Source: Planctomycetota bacterium (GTDB taxonomy: Bacteria > Planctomycetota > PLA2 > JAEUHO01). From it: a stretch of 48,552 nt of DNA. How positions within the stretch are numbered: the stretch's first letter is position 1; every line of letters starts with the position of its first letter. Shown piece by piece: positions 18,693 to 26,873 of this stretch. A program made the position numbers and the translations under genes. The stretch is from NCBI GenBank assembly GCA_050248855.1, contig JBFWRP010000032.1, forward strand, positions 1 to 48,552, in the 5' to 3' direction. The notes under the pieces are model-generated. The model was not told the origin of the DNA, did not search any database, and worked only from the letters and a program-made list of their open reading frames with translations.

Positions 18693-20822
18693 CTACTTCC
18701 GTGCGCCCGAAGTCCAGTGCTCGGCCTCTTCGAGCGTCAGTTCAAGAGTCCTCGTGACACCGGTCTCGATGACGAGCTCGTGGCGCAGGGAGCGCCCGAG
18801 AAGCCGCACGTGGAGCGTGAGCCGACCTGGCGACAGGTTACGGAGCGTGTGGCGGCCCGCGTGATCGAGGCAGGAATTGACGCGGAGCACGCCGTCTGGC
18901 GCCAGGTCGTACCAAGTGCGTCCGGAGGCCTGTCGCACCACCAAGGATGCCCACGCCGCAGGACCTCCCTCCGCACGGACAACCGTGAGATCCAGCTGAC
19001 CTGGCTCGGGAACCTGCATCGTCAGCCTTGTCTCTTCGAATTGCTTGATGTCGCCCTGGATCGAAGCAGGCGGCATCGGCAGTCCGTGCAGCTCGAAGAC
19101 ATGCGTGCCGGATGGGACGATGGGGAAGTATGCATCACCGCTCTCGTCGGTGATCGCCACGTCGCCTACACCGATCAGGTCGCCGTCGTCCTCTCGGCGA
19201 GGCCCACGCACGACGGCGGCGCCGGACAAGGGACGCCCGCGAGCGTCTACGACGCGGATCACGGTACTGCCAAGTTGCTCGAAGCCGGTGGGGTACAGAG
19301 GGGGCGGCCGGAGGCCCTCGGTGCTACCGAAGGTCTCTTCCCAGAGGCCGTCCTCCTCGGGCTCGACCTCCGCAAGGCGCAAGGCCGCGGCGATCTCCAG
19401 GTGTGGCTTGTTCTTCGGCAGGTTGGCTCGGATCGTGCCCTCCTTCCCATCGCTGGACGTGGCCGTGATCTCCACGGGAGCCCCCGGTATCCACGGCACA
19501 TCGTCGAAGGCGAACCGCCCCTTGGCATCGATCCCGACCACGGGCGGTAGGCGCTGGAGCTCGTAGCGCCCCAAGCTCTCGTCACCGAGCGAGATCCATC
19601 TGACCGAGATGTCGTCTGCGGAGAGCCCCTTGGGGATCATGACGCGCCCTTGCACGCGGGCAGCCGCGTAGAGCGGGACATGGAACTGGAACTCGCGTGA
19701 GCCGGGCACATCGCGGAACCACGGATAGAAGCCGTTGAAGGCCCCTGTCCAGGCCACGCGTCCCGGCGGTATCTCGACGTCTACGCGGTAGCTCCTCCCG
19801 ATCCGGGGGCGCACGAGGAACAGCCCACTCGGCGATTGCTCCAGGCGGTCGTCGTGGTGATGGAGCGTGAACCCGGCCCCCAAGGGCGAGCCATCTTCGG
19901 CTGCGAGGGCCGTCACCTGGACAGCCCTTAGCCGCGGGTCCCTCCGCCCAGGCACGTCGACGACGAACCGTACACCCGCATACTCGGGACCATACGGCGA
20001 CCCTTCCATCCACCGTCGCCAGACTTCGCCTTGCTCACGACAGCTTCGTCCACCCGAGCCACGCACGATGTGTGCGTCCAGCAGGTAGTGCAGTTCCGAC
20101 GAGACGCCATCCAGACCCATGGGATCGGTCACCGCATGCGAGTGTGTGGGCCCCGCGCGATCCTGCACCCACTCCGATGCGTTGCCGCAGACGTCGTACA
20201 GCCCGAAGGGGTTGGGCTTGAAGCGAGCTACAGTCCACGTCGAGTCCTTCTCGAACTCGACCTTCGCATGCTCCACCATCGCGTCTCGCGATGACCCCCA
20301 GTAGTAGTTGGTATCCGCTCCACCACGAGCAGCGCGTTCCCATTCGGCCTCCGTGGGTAGGCGATAGGTGCGTGCGCCCATCGCGGCGTTCGTCGCGGTC
20401 TCGGCTAGCTCCGTGGCTTGGCTCCAGCTCAGACCGCCTATCGCTTCTTCGTTGTTCTCTTCTCCCAGGCTATCCGGCGCAAGGGCATGCGCCTGCGCCA
20501 TGGTCAGCTCCGTGACCTGCATGTAGTAGGGTGAGCTCAACGTGACCTGGTGGCGCATCGCCCGCGTGATCAAGGGGCGCGACGCGCGCCAGTCGAGTTC
20601 ACGGGGCGCCCCCATGGTGAACGTGCCGCCGGGCACGAGCACGAAGCGCATGCCCCAGTCGTCCTCAAACGCCACGGGGATGCCCAGCTCCTGCGCGAGC
20701 GTCTTCTGCTGATCACTCACCTGGGCCCACTCCGGGACGGCGTCGGCCGCCCAACCAGCGGGGACGTGGGCCGGGAGCAGCAGCCCCATCAGTATGAGTG
20801 CCACTCGCGCCGCACCACGCAT
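18693..20822 (-). CDS. Secreted FGE-sulfatase (SUMF1/EgtB/PvdO) domain protein with C-terminal carboxypeptidase-regulatory-like beta domains
   Basis: GGAGG RBS, signal peptide, FVLVPGGTFTMG, RLPTEAEWERAARGG, PNPFGLYDVCGNASEW; VVDARGRPLSGA. Confidence 0.85.
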   Translation of the reverse strand: MRGAARVALILMGLLLPAHVPAGWAADAVPEWAQVSDQQKTLAQELGIPVAFEDDWGMRFVLVPGGTFTMGAPRELDWRASRPLITRAMRHQVTLSSPYYMQVTELTMAQAHALAPDSLGEENNEEAIGGLSWSQATELAETATNAAMGARTYRLPTEAEWERAARGGADTNYYWGSSRDAMVEHAKVEFEKDSTWTVARFKPNPFGLYDVCGNASEWVQDRAGPTHSHAVTDPMGLDGVSSELHYLLDAHIVRGSGGRSCREQGEVWRRWMEGSPYGPEYAGVRFVVDVPGRRDPRLRAVQVTALAAEDGSPLGAGFTLHHHDDRLEQSPSGLFLVRPRIGRSYRVDVEIPPGRVAWTGAFNGFYPWFRDVPGSREFQFHVPLYAAARVQGRVMIPKGLSADDISVRWISLGDESLGRYELQRLPPVVGIDAKGRFAFDDVPWIPGAPVEITATSSDGKEGTIRANLPKNKPHLEIAAALRLAEVEPEEDGLWEETFGSTEGLRPPPLYPTGFEQLGSTVIRVVDARGRPLSGAAVVRGPRREDDGDLIGVGDVAITDESGDAYFPIVPSGTHVFELHGLPMPPASIQGDIKQFEETRLTMQVPEPGQLDLTVVRAEGGPAAWASLVVRQASGRTWYDLAPDGVLRVNSCLDHAGRHTLRNLSPGRLTLHVRLLGRSLRHELVIETGVTRTLELTLEEAEHWTSGARK

Positions 20823-20965
20823 GCTTCCTCCCGTCAGGTCAGGCTCTGCCTGGAGTCCATTGTATGTCACCAGCCGCATGAAGATGGTCGGAACGCACCG
20901 CCAGCGCGGCTGGGCCCGCTCTCTGCGCCGGACCACACGAGCCACACCAGGAGCTCGACTCCGGG

Positions 20966-20995
20966 GTACGGAGGCGGGAAGAGTTGTTGCAGGCT
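20966..20995 (+). repeat. REP-like inverted repeat, left of the RAYT gene
   Basis: GTACGGAGGCGGGAAGAGTTGTTGCAGGCT; 28/30 identical to the reconstructed right repeat. Confidence 0.85.
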
Positions 20996-21054
20996 CGCGA
21001 TGACGGGCAGGTGCGTGTCGCCGGTCGGGCATGCCGCTCCCGCCCGCGAGTCGG

Positions 21055-22056
21055 CTATCCAGGCAAGGTGAGCTGCATCGCACGGCTGGCGGCAACCCCC
21101 GCCCGCTCCAAGTAGACGGTGTCCGTCGCGATCAAGTCTCGGTGTCTTCGAATCCGCCTCCAGGCCGTGGCGCCATGGCAGTCGCACTTCGTCCCCGTCT
21201 CGTCCGTCGTCAGTCCTGCCCAGTCCGCCAGGAGCCCGGCCTCGAGGACCACGTAGGCGTCCATCTCCATCCGCCCCGCGCCTACGCGCCAGCCGCCGTG
21301 CTGTCGATTCAGTTCGCGGATGGCCTTTCGGACGGCGCCGGGCGATGCCATCGGTGACCAGGGACTCTGCCCTCCGCCTGTACGGGTCTTGCGGGCCATG
21401 TACGCAGCGACATGTGCGGGGGGCGCGGCGTACAGAGTGTCGATTGCGTCCTCGGCCCCGCGACGCGCCGTCATCCTCCGCTTGACGAAGGCGGCCTCCG
21501 AGGCCTGCAACGGCACCTGGATCACGTCGGCGTACCGAAGTACGCGCTGCGTAGCATCCGTGGGCAAGGCCAGTCGGCGCTCAACGCCGATGCGATCGAA
21601 CCAGCGACTGGGCCGATCCAGAGCGAACTGGAACGCACTTCCATACGGGTACTCGAAGGGGTGCCCGCAGATGCCAGCCTGCGTGGGATTGTGGGCAAGA
21701 TAGCGGAGCAGTACGCGCCAGTACCGCTCGGAGCGGACTGGCCGTGAGCCGAAGCGACCGCGCATCAGGGGGCCGTCAACACGGCTCCGCCTGTTGCGGT
21801 AGCGCGCGTACGCATTCTGGACGCGCATCAGGGCGTGGCTGATCGAGCCCGAAGGCGAGGCGGCGAGCAGGTGGAAGTGGGTCCCCATCAGGCAGTAGGC
21901 CTGGATGATCAACTCACCGCGCCGGTAGGAGCACGCAAGCAGGGACTGGAAGCGCCGGTAGTCCGGGCGGTCGGCGAACAGGATCTGCCGTCGCGCTGCC
22001 CGATTGAAGACGTGGTGGAACTGTCCGGGGGAGTCCATCCGTGCGGCGCGGACCAT
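21055..22056 (-). CDS. REP-associated tyrosine transposase (RAYT, Y1/HUH) with C-terminal extension
   Basis: HHVFNRAARRQILF, AYCLMGTHFHLL (HUH), GPLMRGRFGS, RYLAHNP (catalytic Tyr), YPYGS; GGAGG RBS. Confidence 0.88.
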   Translation of the reverse strand: MVRAARMDSPGQFHHVFNRAARRQILFADRPDYRRFQSLLACSYRRGELIIQAYCLMGTHFHLLAASPSGSISHALMRVQNAYARYRNRRSRVDGPLMRGRFGSRPVRSERYWRVLLRYLAHNPTQAGICGHPFEYPYGSAFQFALDRPSRWFDRIGVERRLALPTDATQRVLRYADVIQVPLQASEAAFVKRRMTARRGAEDAIDTLYAAPPAHVAAYMARKTRTGGGQSPWSPMASPGAVRKAIRELNRQHGGWRVGAGRMEMDAYVVLEAGLLADWAGLTTDETGTKCDCHGATAWRRIRRHRDLIATDTVYLERAGVAASRAMQLTLPG

Positions 22057-22102
22057 GCGGGCACCTCCGCTCCATCCACGCACCAAGCGCGCCCCTGGCC
22101 AC

Positions 22103-22126
22103 AGCCCGCAACAACTTTTCCCGCCT
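22103..22126 (-). repeat. Inner part of the right REP-like repeat (outer GTACGG displaced to 23542-23547 by the IS)
   Basis: Minus strand AGGCGGGAAAAGTTGTTGCGGGCT; joined to GTACGG it restores a copy of 20966-20995. Confidence 0.85.
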
Positions 22127-22387
22127 TCTATGAGAAGGCCTGCCTTGTCAAGCGAGCCGCTTCGGCGGTCGAGTCCAGGACGTCCAGCCCCTGTCCCATG
22201 CTTCTATCCGCACTCGGAACGTCGTCCGGTGCATAAGGGGGTCCGAGTGAGTCGGGGCGTCGCCATCTCCGTATCGACGTCGTAATGCGTCTGGCGGGTA
22301 GTCGCGATCGCCCGGACTCGGGTTGAGGCTGGAAGTCTTGGAATCGTCCTCCGAAGGCAGCTCCCGTCGCCCTGCTGGGCTGGTCGT
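22127..22387 (-). ncRNA. Putative seekRNA/bridge-RNA-encoding non-coding end
   Basis: About 260 bp downstream of the transposase; minus strand contains CCCGCC, TACGGAG and ATAGAAG, which match target and donor junction sequences. Exact RNA boundaries are unknown. Confidence 0.7.
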
Positions 22388-23446
22388 TCAGGCTACTTCG
22401 ACGCCTGCGGTCGGGCGTACCGCTTGGTACACCTCCCCCGTCCGCCACAGGGCGTGGAGCAGGGTCGCGAGCTTGCGCGCCACGGCGATTACCGCCTTGC
22501 GCTTGGCCACCTTCCCGCCCCGCGCCGCGATGCGCTGCCCGTAGCTCTTCAGATCGCTCTCGGGGCCCAACTGGCCCAGGATGTAGTGCGCGCTCTGCAC
22601 GAGCAGGGTACGCAGCACGCAGTCACCCGCCTTGGTGATCGGCAGCGGGCGGTCGCAGAGCCCCGTCTGATCCTGGCGGGGCACCAAGCCCAGGAAGGGC
22701 CCCACGTCCCGGCTGCGAGCGAAGTGCGCCGGGTCCTCCAGGGTCAGCACGAAGGCCAGCGCCGTCAGGTTGCCCACCCCCGGCACCTGGCTCAGCTTCT
22801 CGGTCTCCGGGTACCGGTTCGTCGCCAGATCGTCCACCTGGCGGTCGTAGACACGGATCTGTTGGGTCAGCGCGTCGATCGCGGCCAGGGCCGGTCCGAG
22901 AGCCGGCTGCAGCTCGTCGGGAACCTGGGCGGACGTCTTCACTCCCACCGCCTTGGCGGCTTTCGTCGTGATCCGCCCCCCGATGCTCTTGCACTGGCCC
23001 CGCACCATGTTCACGAGCTTCGTCCGCGAGCCCACCAGCGCGGCTCGCGCACGAACGAGCGCCAAGTCCTGCTGCGCCTGGGGGCCCCGGTGGCGGATCG
23101 GCGCCAGGAGATGCGGATCCGCACGCCCCATCCGGGCCAGGAGCTCGGCGTCCTTGCGGTCGCACTTGCGGCGGTTGCCGTAGATCAGCCCCAGGCGCCG
23201 CGGATTGGCCACCAGCACCTCGAGCCCGCAGTCGTGCCCGATCCGACTCACCCACGGGCTGTGGGTCCCGGCCTCCACCACGAGACGCGTCGCTTCGCGC
23301 CCGGACAGGAGTCGGGCAAACGCCTCGGGCGTCGTGCTGATCGACCCTGCCTCCAGCCGGTCACCGCTCACCTGGTCCACGACATGGAACCAGGACTTGC
23401 GGTCACCCAGGTCCACCCCGATCGTCGCCTTGATACCGTTCTGCAT
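22388..23446 (-). CDS. IS110-family DEDD recombinase/transposase
   Basis: IGVDLG, VVEAG, KCDRKDA (DEDD); VPGVG, GLVPRQDQTG, ITKAGD, AVARKL; GGAGG RBS. Confidence 0.95.
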   Translation of the reverse strand: MQNGIKATIGVDLGDRKSWFHVVDQVSGDRLEAGSISTTPEAFARLLSGREATRLVVEAGTHSPWVSRIGHDCGLEVLVANPRRLGLIYGNRRKCDRKDAELLARMGRADPHLLAPIRHRGPQAQQDLALVRARAALVGSRTKLVNMVRGQCKSIGGRITTKAAKAVGVKTSAQVPDELQPALGPALAAIDALTQQIRVYDRQVDDLATNRYPETEKLSQVPGVGNLTALAFVLTLEDPAHFARSRDVGPFLGLVPRQDQTGLCDRPLPITKAGDCVLRTLLVQSAHYILGQLGPESDLKSYGQRIAARGGKVAKRKAVIAVARKLATLLHALWRTGEVYQAVRPTAGVEVA

Positions 23447-23591
23447 GCCGGTCCTCCAGTGGGCCACTCGAGCCCGTTTTCTGTCTGCAGCTGGGTGTAC
23501 CCAGACTGCGCGACAGGAGGGCCGGCCTTCTCATCCCATCTCCGTACTCCTCTTCTGCGAAGCAGTTCTGGGCTCGGCTGCGCGTCTCGTT

Positions 23592-23819
23592 TCAGCCGAG
23601 CAGCGTGACGAACGACTCCACCGTCAGCCCTGCGTCTCGAATCAGAGCGCGCAGCAGGCCGCGCGCGACCTCCCGGTGATCCGGAACGGTGAGACGCCGG
23701 TGGGGAGCGGCCGTCTGCCGTAGCTGGATGTGGCTTCCCCGCTGCCGATCGACCACATAGCCGATCTTCTCGAATGCCCGGACCACTTCGCGGCCGGACA
23801 CGACGGGCAGCCGGCTCAA
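23592..23819 (-). CDS. hicA: HicA-family mRNA interferase toxin
   Basis: TTG start overlapping the hicB stop; LPVVSGREVVRAFEKIGY, RQRGSH, TVPDH, GLLRALIRDAGL. Confidence 0.9.
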   Translation of the reverse strand: MSRLPVVSGREVVRAFEKIGYVVDRQRGSHIQLRQTAAPHRRLTVPDHREVARGLLRALIRDAGLTVESFVTLLG

Positions 23820-24028
23820 CCCGAAACCTCGACCACGTCCTCCGTAATGCCCGGCGGGATCGGATCGCCGTGCTCGCGAAGCGACTCCAGATAGAGTTCG
23901 ACCGCTTCCCGGATGTTGATGCGCGCCTCTTCCCTGGTTCCTCCCTGTGCATGGCAGCCCGGGAGGGTCGGGCAACTGGCCACGAAGACTCCGTCCTCGT
24001 CGAGTTCGATTACGATGCGGAACTTCAT
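23816..24028 (-). CDS. hicB: HicB-family antitoxin (short form)
   Basis: FVASCPTLPGCHAQGGTREEARINIREAVELYLE. Confidence 0.9.
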   Translation of the reverse strand: MKFRIVIELDEDGVFVASCPTLPGCHAQGGTREEARINIREAVELYLESLREHGDPIPPGITEDVVEVSG

Positions 24029-24277
24029 CGATGCCTCCGGGCGCCGGGAGGACGCATCCCGGATTGTAGCGGCGGCGCGGCCCCACGCGGCGAGGTCAGC
24101 CAGTCGCCGTTGTCAGCCGGTCCTCCTCTTCGTCAACTGCCTGCTGCCCGCCTGCCGCCCCGTCGTACGTCCCCCCCGGCGGGTCGCTGGCCCGGGGTGC
24201 TCCGGCGGGCTGCCTCGTTGCACCGCACGTACCCGTCACAAGCGCCCTGCCTTGGCGCCGTAACGCCCGCCGTGTTT

Positions 24278-24355
24278 GCCACTTGCGACACGGGGCCGTC
24301 AGGTTCCCCAGCTGGGTGTCGTCGGTACGCGTCCGATCGGGCGCTCTGCTCCGCT
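24278..24355 (+). repeat. Degenerate second copy of the tRNA-Gly/att-like repeat
   Basis: Ungapped 63/78 match (manual count) to 18351-18428, in the same orientation. Confidence 0.8.
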
Positions 24356-24597
24356 CGCCCACCCCTAGCGTGGGCCCCGGCCCGGCGGCAGGCGCCTGTG
24401 GAGCGGGTGGATGGCGTCGATGGAGTACTTCATGCCTTGAGGCCTTCGGTGCGCGGGGCCATCCTGAGTCGCGCGCCGGCCGCCAACCGCACCACGGTCT
24501 GGCGTGAGGGCGCTGCGCCTTGGGTGCCGGTCGCGGAGATGCAAGCTTGGTCGGCGTTTGGACCCGGACTCCGATCGTCTCGTCGAGGGGTTGACCC

Positions 24598-25878
24598 GTG
24601 GGTGTCAGGCAACGCGGTACGAGTGCAGGAGGATCGGGTGCAGGCCGCCGTCCGGCGTGCGTCCGTGCCGCGCTGCTGGTGGCCGTCATCGGCGTCTCGG
24701 CCAACCTGGGCGAAGCCGGTGGCGAGATCTCCGTCAGCGATGTCGCCGATGCCATATGGATGCCGAGCTCGTCGGGTGTCGAGGACCTCATTGCGTATCG
24801 ATGCGGGAGCAAGTTCCCACACGGGATGCTCCTCACGGCGCTCCGGCCCGAGCCGCGAGTCTGCATGGTCAACGAAGCGCATGTCCAGCAGGCGGAGCTG
24901 CTCGCCGGCGGCCTGCGCGTGCGGGTGCGCGGCGACAAGAAGCTCGTCGGGCTGGGTCCCCAGGAGCAGATCGACCTCTGGGCAGCCATGTGGGCCGGCT
25001 GCAAGGACCGCCTGGATGCGCGGTCTCTTGCCCTGGAGGGGCGCGCAGGCTGCCGTGTTCTGCCGCGCGTCGTCGTCGAGCCCGACATGCTTCCGCGCGT
25101 GTCGTTGGAACCTACGCTGCTGCTGGATGAGCTTCTTGCCGGCAGCCGCGTCGGGAAGTTCCTCGGCCCTGAGGGGTGGCTGCTGCGGTGGGCGTCGCTC
25201 GATGGCCAGGGCGAGTTCCGTCTGCTCTTGGACGCAGCCTCGGGGTGGCCCGAGCGGCTCGTGGAGATGGACGAGGCGGGTACCGAGCACGTGCTCTTGG
25301 AACGGATCGGGGCGTCGGACGCGACGGTGGCTTGGCCGATCGATTGGGAGGCGCTGGTCCTCCCCGAAGAAGCCGCGATCCTACGGTCGATGTACCTCGC
25401 CGCGGAGCGCGAGGTGGTGCTTGGCGAGTTCATGAGGCTTGTGCTTCGTCACTTCGCGGCGGAGGGGCGGGCGGATTGGAGCCGGGCCCTTCGCTCGGCG
25501 TCCGTGGCGCTGTCGATCGGTCTGTATCCCGACGAGCGAGTCCGCGATGTGGCCAAGGGACTCTGGGAGGCGCCGAGGATGGGAAGGAACGCATTCGAGG
25601 CCCAATGGATGGCCGCCTCGAGCTCGAGCAAGGAGCTCCGGGACTTCGAGAGGGCACGCCTGCTCGGTTCGCTCGCGGGAGACTACTGGCCTACGCTCCT
25701 CCTCGAGCTGGCACCGCTCACGTCCACGTCGGAGGATGTGTCCGACGTAGATCGCGATCGATTGAACGCCGTCCACGGATGCGCCATGAGGAACGTGCAG
25801 ACTCGTCTGATGCGCGCTCTGCGGGACATCGCCAACGCCGCCGGCAGGGAGCGTTCGCCGGCGGGCGATGAGGATTGA
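24598..25878 (+). CDS. Hypothetical, possibly secreted protein (start uncertain)
   Basis: Long ORF with protein-like composition and a hydrophobic segment AALLVAVIGVSA; island-like codon usage; no recognised motif. Confidence 0.45.
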   Translation: MGVRQRGTSAGGSGAGRRPACVRAALLVAVIGVSANLGEAGGEISVSDVADAIWMPSSSGVEDLIAYRCGSKFPHGMLLTALRPEPRVCMVNEAHVQQAELLAGGLRVRVRGDKKLVGLGPQEQIDLWAAMWAGCKDRLDARSLALEGRAGCRVLPRVVVEPDMLPRVSLEPTLLLDELLAGSRVGKFLGPEGWLLRWASLDGQGEFRLLLDAASGWPERLVEMDEAGTEHVLLERIGASDATVAWPIDWEALVLPEEAAILRSMYLAAEREVVLGEFMRLVLRHFAAEGRADWSRALRSASVALSIGLYPDERVRDVAKGLWEAPRMGRNAFEAQWMAASSSSKELRDFERARLLGSLAGDYWPTLLLELAPLTSTSEDVSDVDRDRLNAVHGCAMRNVQTRLMRALRDIANAAGRERSPAGDED

Positions 25879-25941
25879 GCCCGCCAAGCCGATGCCCCTG
25901 TCCGGCCGGATCAAGTCCTCGAGGGACTCCGGTGGCATTCC

Positions 25942-26865
25942 CTAGTCCGGCGCGTCGGTCCGTGGCTCCCGTGGACCTGCTCCCGCATCGCGGCGGGCGA
26001 CGACGCGGAGCTTGTTGCCGGCACGCAGGCGGTCGCGGAGGCTCTCGTACAGGCAGCGCAGCCAGGACGGCTTGGCGCGCCAGCGGCCGTAGGTGCGTTC
26101 GGAGAGCACCGTGAAGCCGGCGCGAGCCAAGAGCTTGCGGAGGTCGCGCGCACGGAAGTACCAGAGGTGCTGGGGGACGTTGCGCAGCAGCTTGTGCTTG
26201 GAGCGCAGCCGGAGACCGCAGTAGAGCCGGTCCTGCCAGAGGCGCATGCCCGTGCCGTGCGGCACCTCGATCAGCAGCAGGCCGCCGGGCTCGAGCACGC
26301 GACGGGCTTCGGCCAGCTCCGGGTCGAGGTCGTGGATGTGCTCGAGGACGTGGCGGTAGGAGATGACGCTGGCGGCGCCGTCCGGGAACGCCGCCTGCGC
26401 CAGCGTCCCGCTGCGGACGTCGGCGCCGTGGTGCTCGCGGCAGAACGCGGCGGCGCGCGTGTCCACGTCGGCGCCGCCGATCGCGTAGCCCCGGGCGCGC
26501 GCGGCCAAGAGCATGCCGCCCGTCTGCGTGCCGATGTCCAGCCAGAGGCCGCGCGGCGCGGCCGGGTCACGCTGCGCTTCGACGGCGTCCACGCCTGCGA
26601 TGAACGCGCCTTGGGGCTTGGACTCCCAGGGCTCGAGCGGCGCGGTCTCGTTCTTGGCGCGGCGCGGCGTGGGCGTGCCCTCGCCGCCGACGTCGTACTG
26701 CGTGGCGGCCATGGAGGCCGCCGTCACGCGCGGGCTCTGCATCAGCAGGCCGCAGCCGCGGCACGTGCCCATGCGCCAGCCGTCGCGACCGAACCAGGGC
26801 TTGAGCTCGTCGGCGCCGCAGAGGGGACAGGCGACGATCTCGGTCTCGTAGGTGGTCGCAACCAT
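25942..26865 (-). CDS. Class I SAM-dependent methyltransferase with N-terminal zinc ribbon
   Basis: CPLC...CRGC, LDIGTQTG, HVLEHI, LEPGGLLLIEVP, QHLWYF. Confidence 0.88.
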   Translation of the reverse strand: MVATTYETEIVACPLCGADELKPWFGRDGWRMGTCRGCGLLMQSPRVTAASMAATQYDVGGEGTPTPRRAKNETAPLEPWESKPQGAFIAGVDAVEAQRDPAAPRGLWLDIGTQTGGMLLAARARGYAIGGADVDTRAAAFCREHHGADVRSGTLAQAAFPDGAASVISYRHVLEHIHDLDPELAEARRVLEPGGLLLIEVPHGTGMRLWQDRLYCGLRLRSKHKLLRNVPQHLWYFRARDLRKLLARAGFTVLSERTYGRWRAKPSWLRCLYESLRDRLRAGNKLRVVARRDAGAGPREPRTDAPD

Positions 26866-26873
26866 CCGGGTCG

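Larger units (their letters stand above)
22127..23541 (-). mobile_element. Complete IS1111-group (IS110 family) element
   Basis: Sub-terminal IRs ATGAGAAGGCC (22130-22140 and 23524-23534), 3 nt from one end and 7 nt (including the core) from the other; AG core at both junctions; outward TTGACA at 22146-22151. Confidence 0.92.

Noticed and set aside
18693..20822. Diversity-generating retroelement target (FGE/CLec fold)
   Set aside because: No reverse transcriptase and no TR/VR-like repeat pair seen in the window.
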